The notes under the pieces: generated by a model
The model's database searches: none
Seen by the model: only the letters and a program-made list of their open reading frames with translations
What the model was told of the DNA's origin: nothing
Part shown: one piece after another, positions 57,950 through 64,000 of the stretch
How positions within the stretch are numbered: the first letter of the stretch is position 1
Layout: each line of letters opens with the position of its first letter
Made by a program: the position numbers and the translations under genes
From: Lama guanicoe
Lineage: Eukaryota
Direction of reading: 5' to 3'
DNA: 64,000 bases
Assembly (NCBI GenBank): GCA_013239625.1
Contig: MU053754.1
Location: forward strand, 617,379-681,378

Positions 57950-60750
57950 TCGGTACCTCAAAGCCTCTGACCCCACCCACTTCTCTGACACCATGACGTC
58001 ACAATTTCATAACACAGTGTCCATCCCAGGAAAGTGCTTAGCACCTCCAGTTCCGCTTTCTGAGTCAATAAACTAAAAACATGTCTAGGTCTTCCTCTTT
58101 TTCGGAATGTTCTAAAGACCAAGTGCATATATTCTGAAATTATGTCTAGCCAGAAGTGAAAAAAAAAAAAGGTGATTTATAATCGAAGGGGCAGAAATCT
58201 CACACTGGAGGTTTACAAAGTTGTGTCTAGTGTTGGAAAGCTTTTTGTTTTAGTTTGTTATTTCATAGATTTTTGTAAAAAAACAAAGCAAACCCCAGAA
58301 TACGAATAGTGACCCTGGTAAATACTGACGGATACCATAGGCTACAAGAAAACAGTTTTTGTCAGAATATTTTTCCACATTTTCCAGTTCTGCCGTAAAG
58401 CTAGAAACATGTAGAATTCTCTGAGCGCTGTAGTTATGTGATGAAACAAAGAATGCTTTGGGCCTGGTGCTGCAGGGAGATGGAACTTTTCAGGGGTAAT
58501 AACTTGTTTTAAAAAATGAAATTTGCTTTGCATCTAAAAAACATATATACCTCAATTATGTGCTTTTCTGCTTGACTGGAAGTTACAGAAAGGGGATTGT
58601 GGTATCTGTGCCTTGTATTTTTTGCAATTTTAATTTGAGTTGAAAGTGCAATCGAAGAAAATGTAGCTTTTCCCAAGCAGAACGGGACTTTACTCCTAGT
58701 GCGTTTCAGTCCACTATGACCAATGAAGCCTGGCAGAGACGAAGCCAGGCCATAAGTTCCTGATTAAACAGGGGAGCCACAGAATGGAAAGTTTAATGAA
58801 CCCTGCCCCTGCTATAGGCTCCCATGCTGTAATCACATTTTCATTCATAATCATTTAGAATCTCATAGAAAGTTTGCCACTTCTGAATATCAGTCAAGAT
58901 AGAAATTCATAGAATTTCTTACTGTTTTTAGAACAGTGAGACTGAATCTCAGTGTCCATTAGATTTTGGTCCTTGTAATTATCTCTAAAATACAAAACAT
59001 TTTCCTTGACTTTTGTTGTTAAAACATTAAGTTATATTTCATGCTCATTTGTTATTGTTCTAAGTTTGGTTCAGATATGATAGGTTAAGAAAAAAATCAT
59101 TTCTGAAAATTAAGGATGGGATTATTAATAGAAAATCAAATGGGATATATTCAAAAGCCATTTGAAAACCTTCAGCAAAAAAATCTTTGTAAGGAGAGTT
59201 GTTGCACAGTTTCCTTGAGTGCAAAGGATTGAGCAATATTCCAGCAAACTCTTTTGGGTGCTGTGACTCATGCTGTGTGAATGCAAAAGGTTTCTGACTC
59301 AAGTCAACCGATTTTCAAGTGCGTTTGAAGTCGAGAGTGCTTCACTGATGAGCACAGAATCTGCCAGGCAAAGCAAGTCGCATGTTGAAACCCAAGGCTT
59401 GGGAAGGTCTCCAAGGTATTAGCGTGTTAGATGTTCGAGAAGAAAACACTCGGGTTTCTTCTGAGGCACCTCCCGTCTGCAAATGGCTATCTTCAGTGCT
59501 CTTCAAAGATGTTACTCTGTCCTTTCTGAAAACCTGGTTGGGGAGGAGACCGAACACATATTTTAGACAGCACGCAACTCAGTTCTATGATTTTTTGAGG
59601 CATCTTTGCAGAGTGTTGGCCCGTAAGAGAGAGTGCTGGCAGTTGCAGTAACTCGCTGCATTTGGCATGACCGCCTTGTCCACGCCGACACGATCTGCCC
59701 AGAAGGAATTGGGAAGAGGGATCTCGGGCCCTTTGAACCGTCGTCAGCGGGAGTTGTCCTTTTTGTCAGTTCACATCAGGGCAGACAGACAGGCTACTGA
59801 ATCCTGACGCTGCCGTTTCTTGCTGGATGGGGGTAGGAATCTGAACCAACTTGCTGGACCACGTGGATTTCTGTCCTCGTTGTGAAAGAGGGAGGAAGAG
59901 GACCCCTGACATCGTTGCAGGCATCTATGCCCAAATGGTAGGCCATACAGAGACTGCTGGTGAAGACAGTTAAGAGTGCGGGGTCCGGAGGCCGACTGCC
60001 CAGTGGGGATTTCAGGCCTCCCCTTCCAGGCTCTGCGTCTGAATGTCTCTGCCCCAGAGGACAAATGTCCAGTGGGGATAGTAATGGTTACCCTGTGGGC
60101 AAGTGAAATATTGACCTTGGTGATGCTCTTTCTAAATCTGTAATATATTTGAGCTGTTCTTCAAATGAAAATGATTTCTAAGGAGTGACAAGGAAATTAT
60201 AATAATGGGCCATGAAATTTACAGGAGCCTGCGTTTGACTTAGGTATCACTACTCTGTCAGGAATTGGTAAATTCAGGACTGAGGGGTTAAGAGGTGCTG
60301 CCATTTTCAACCAGTAGAAAAGTGGGAATGGCAGTGAAACAAAACAATCATAGGTACTCTGTTTAATGGGAAAAAAGTCCAAGTATTTATCCTAGCACTT
60401 GGTGTTAGGAATGGAAACACTTGCCATTAATTCGGGAAATGTCGACGGAAGTGCTGCGGTGTCTGCTTTGTTCTTAGGTCTGTGCTGGGAACCAGGGCTG
60501 CAGAAATAACGTGCGCTGCCCCAGGGAGCAGCCTGTAACTTGTCGCGTATCGAAACACTCATAAGACCATGGCAAGATTGAAAATACTGCTTGTGCTGGC
60601 CTCTGAAGGGATGTTCCAGGGCAGGTACCGTTGGGTCTCCTCTCCCAACTCCTCACCTCTTCCCCAGGATGGGGGCCCCTGTTAGGAGTGATGATGGACA
60701 AGATGAGGTGCTTTTCTTGGAATTTCCTCTCTGTACCCCCTCCACTAATG

Positions 60751-60941
60751 CAGGATTTCTAAACCGTAGCACTGATGACTTTAGGGGCCAGATGACTATT
60801 GTGGGCGCCGTCCTGTGCGTTGTAGGGTGTTGAGCAGTGTCCCTGGTCTGCACCCATCAGATGCCAGTAGCATCCTTTCCACCTGTGACAAGCAGGTATA
60901 GCCATTTGACTTCTGGGGAATCTCCCCCAGCTGAGAACCAT
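60751..60941 (-). mobile_element. MER20 DNA transposon
   Basis: gtcctgtgcgttgtagggtgttgagcagtgtccctggtctgcacccatcagatgccagtagca...cccccagctgagaacca. Confidence 0.8.
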
Positions 60942-61377
60942 CGGACGAGTCGTGTGGTATGGAAGCAGGGACCCATGAATGTCCCCACGTGTGAGTTACT
61001 CCTGTCCCGGAAATGCCTGGGCAGGGAGGGGAGAAGGTAGGTGGGGACGGGAGAGGGTTGGTGGGGAGCAAGAAGGTAACTGTACTGTCATTCTTTCCTC
61101 CTCTCCCTGCTCTTGGCTTGTAAATATGTATATATTGTCTTTTCTCCTAGATGAAAAATGTAGGTGACTCCATGCGGAGCAGGAATGTAAAACACACATT
61201 CATAAATGTCTGTTTTATGCAGGCGGCAGCCCCTCTCTGTTCCTAATACGACACCAGATTGTAGGACAAGTCCAAACTCCCCTCTATTCGTGGGCACCTG
61301 TGTCCTTTTTTGCTTTGATACAACAAAGCAAGGAACTTGGTTTTGTGATGTGTATTATCTTGGGTTGTGAAGGTAGC

Positions 61378-61862
61378 TACATCAGATTGCTAGGGCTGCC
61401 ATGACCCAGCACCGCAGGCTGGAGTGGCCTCAACCAAAGAGGTTGACTGTCTTAGAGTTCTCAAAGCTGGGAATCCAGGATCCAGTGCTGGCAGGGTTGG
61501 ATCCTTCCGAGGGCTGGGAGGAAGAGTCTCCATGGGTTCCCCCTTGCTCCCGGTGGTTTGCTGGCAGTCTTTGGCATTCCCTGCCTTTCAGACACATCGT
61601 TCCCATCTCTCTCCGTCTTCACAGGACCTCTCTCTGGGTCCCATCACACTGTCTTCCCTGACGCATGTCTGTCTCATGTCCAAATTTCCCCTTTCTGTAA
61701 GGAAGGACACCAGTCCCATTGCATTAGGGCCCACCCTCATGACGTCATGTGAAATGGATTACTTCCATAAAGACCTAACCTCTAAATAAGGTTACATTCT
61801 CAGGTGATGGGGCTTAGGACCCAACATACGAATTTTGGGGTTACACAGTTCAACCCAGAACA
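61378..61862 (-). mobile_element. MLT1C-like MaLR solo LTR
   Basis: gctagggctgccatgac...ggtttgctggcagtctttggcattcc...aaggacaccagtc...attagggcccaccct...cacagttcaacccagaaca; flanks gtagc and gtaac fit a decayed 5-bp TSD. Confidence 0.85.
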
Positions 61863-62277
61863 GTAACTAATAGAGAAAGTCTACAAAGTGATATAATTAT
61901 TAAAAAAAAAAAACTTACGAAGGAGATATTGTAATGTAAGTAGATTTCATGTTTCATAAGAGGAGATCATTATATAGCGTTAACAGATAAAAAATAGCAG
62001 TGGAAATGTATCACTTGGTGAGGTAAAGGTAATTACTCAAAGAAATAAAAGATGGTTGTAAGTCCTCATACTGGAGGACTGGTCCTGGAGTTGGAGCCAT
62101 CAGGCTCACTAATGTTTGGGTCTGATGATAAAAATCTGTGTTTCAGTGTTTGTGCTCATGGAACTCAAATGTCTTCTCAAATTGTGCCGACCAACTTGCT
62201 CATTCAGATTTAATGTTAATGAAAGCTGAAGCGTAATTAATTACAGTAAGTAATTAAAATCATAACATGAGGGTGCC

Positions 62278-62492
62278 CAGTAGGTTTCCATTGGTGTCGT
62301 AACATTCCCACAAACGTACCGACTCCAAACAATACTCATTTATTGCCTTACAGTGCTGGAGGTCAGAAGTCCTAAAAGGTCTTGCAGGGCTAAGATCCAA
62401 CAGTTGGCAAGGCTACATTCCTTCCGGAGACTCTAGGGGAGAATCTGTTCCCTTGCCTTTTCCAGCTTCTAAGGGCCACCCGCCTTCCCTGT
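62278..62492 (-). mobile_element. MLT1C/D-like LTR, partial
   Basis: atttattgccttacagtgctggaggtcagaagtcc...ttccttccggagactctaggggagaatctgttcccttgcc. Confidence 0.8.
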
Positions 62493-64000
62493 CTGCTGCT
62501 TACCACACTCCATAAAGGACAGGATGCAGGCTGGTTTATGTGGGATGTGGGGTCTGAGACAATGGAGGATGGCAAATGCTCCAGTTGAGACTCCACTGGC
62601 TGTGTGTCTCGGAGTCGTACCAGCAATGCCAGTGAGCTCCTTTACCAGGGGTCTGTTTATCGAGTGTCCTGGAAGGGTGAATAGAATTCAGCAAGGTCGA
62701 GCCACTGATCTGTGTGACCTTGAAATCTTGGAGGGTTTTGTGCAGGACATCCTTGCTCAGCAGTGTTATAACAGAGTGGGTGCAGGGTAATTATTCCTCT
62801 AAGCCGGGGACAGGTGGTAATGGATGACATTCCAAACAGAAACTGTGAGCAAATGTAGTTTGATACATACTTAGATACCTAACTTGGCAAAGCATTGCAA
62901 AGAAGAGTTTTGAGTTTCAGCTTACAACCCTGTTAAAAATGGAATGATTTAAAATGCAGATTCTGACGTATCAATAATGCTGAAAGAGGCCAGGTGCCAT
63001 TGACCCCTTGCTGCCCTGGGGCATGTGTTCAGAAGGAAATAACGTCATTGAGTTTTTTCTGCTACTTCCAATGCTGTCTGGGGGCTATGGATTCAAACTT
63101 CATGATAAATTTAATTAAAAAGATCTAATATCTAACAGTGACTAAATTCAGTCATCTTTGCATGAATCCCCATGCAGACACATGCAGGCACAATTGCATG
63201 CAATTTGATGTCAAAATAAGGCAAGCCAAGAAGTTGAAAGGAGCCTCTGTTCTTCATGTTTCTAAAATAGTATACTCAGGCATTTTTTTTTTCTAATTAC
63301 GATTTGAACAGGAAAATTATGTGTTGACTTATTACTTTCATGTTTATTTCTGAAAGAGGTAAAGAGTTGTCATTAAAACCATTTTTGAGTTTTATATCAG
63401 AAAGTATCACTGTTGTGAGTTTCCTGGTCTTAACCAACATGAAATTCATGCAAAACATTATGATCATTTCTGTTCTCATTACCCCAGTCTAGGAAAAAAA
63501 GATTGCTTAATTCTCCTCAAGGTCAGTTTTTACGGATAGCATGCTCTTTAGAAGAGTGTTCTGTCCAGCTTAGAGACTGAGGTTGTCTTTGCCAATATTG
63601 TATTTAATACAGGTTCACTGCAGAAATTATAATTTCACAAGGCAGTAGTGTACAGGATAATGTCTCTTAATAAGCCAATAAAGAAACAACATACTCCAAA
63701 CCAATAAGAGCTTAATGACACTGTTGTTCCAGGCAAGGAAGGGATGAAAAGAATAAAGTCCAGGTTTAGTTGAGGTGTATCTTTCTACGAGGTGGTTCTC
63801 GGAAGGGTTGGCTCGGCCACCTGGGGCTCTGTCTCGGTGCCTGTGCAAAGTGAGCACCGCCTGTTGCTAGAGCAGCTTGCTGGGGAGTGAGGGCGTGGAT
63901 TCTGGTGGGTAAATTTGTCTCCTTGGGACTGCATGGTTTCCACCACTGCTGGCAAGGGGTCGTTTTGCCCAGGCAGGAGCTAACGCCACCAGCTCTTCAG

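Noticed and set aside
17541..61749. Isolated full CRE palindromes tgacgtca at 17541, 57994 and 61740
   Set aside because: Single 8-mers without clustering; one lies inside an MLT1 LTR.

Overview
Mammalian nuclear DNA, most likely camelid: it carries three copies of a tRNA-derived SINE resembling Vic-1, and I saw no Alu, Bov-A/BovB, PRE-1 or CAN SINEs. The window is almost entirely non-coding. It is a mosaic of old eutherian repeats (L2, MIR, MLT1/MLT2 LTRs, MER DNA transposons, L1M ends) and younger insertions (L1 3' fragments, SINEs, an ERV1-like LTR, and an intact 574-bp solo LTR with a perfect 6-bp TSD typical of class II ERVs). One CpG-island promoter at about 53.9-54.9 kb has a perfect 9-bp tandem array and probable non-coding first exons on the + strand. 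I cannot identify any host protein-coding exon or name the gene. The only recognisable peptides in the ORF track are broken L1 ORF2 remnants. I found no convincing new biological system, no CRISPR array and no prokaryotic features. The best leads are a ~100-nt unexplained hairpin, the solo LTR architecture, the promoter tandem array, patches of AT-to-GC shifted old repeats, and a 65-bp local duplication. Repeat family names are from remembered consensus sequences, not from a database search, and most repeat boundaries are approximate.
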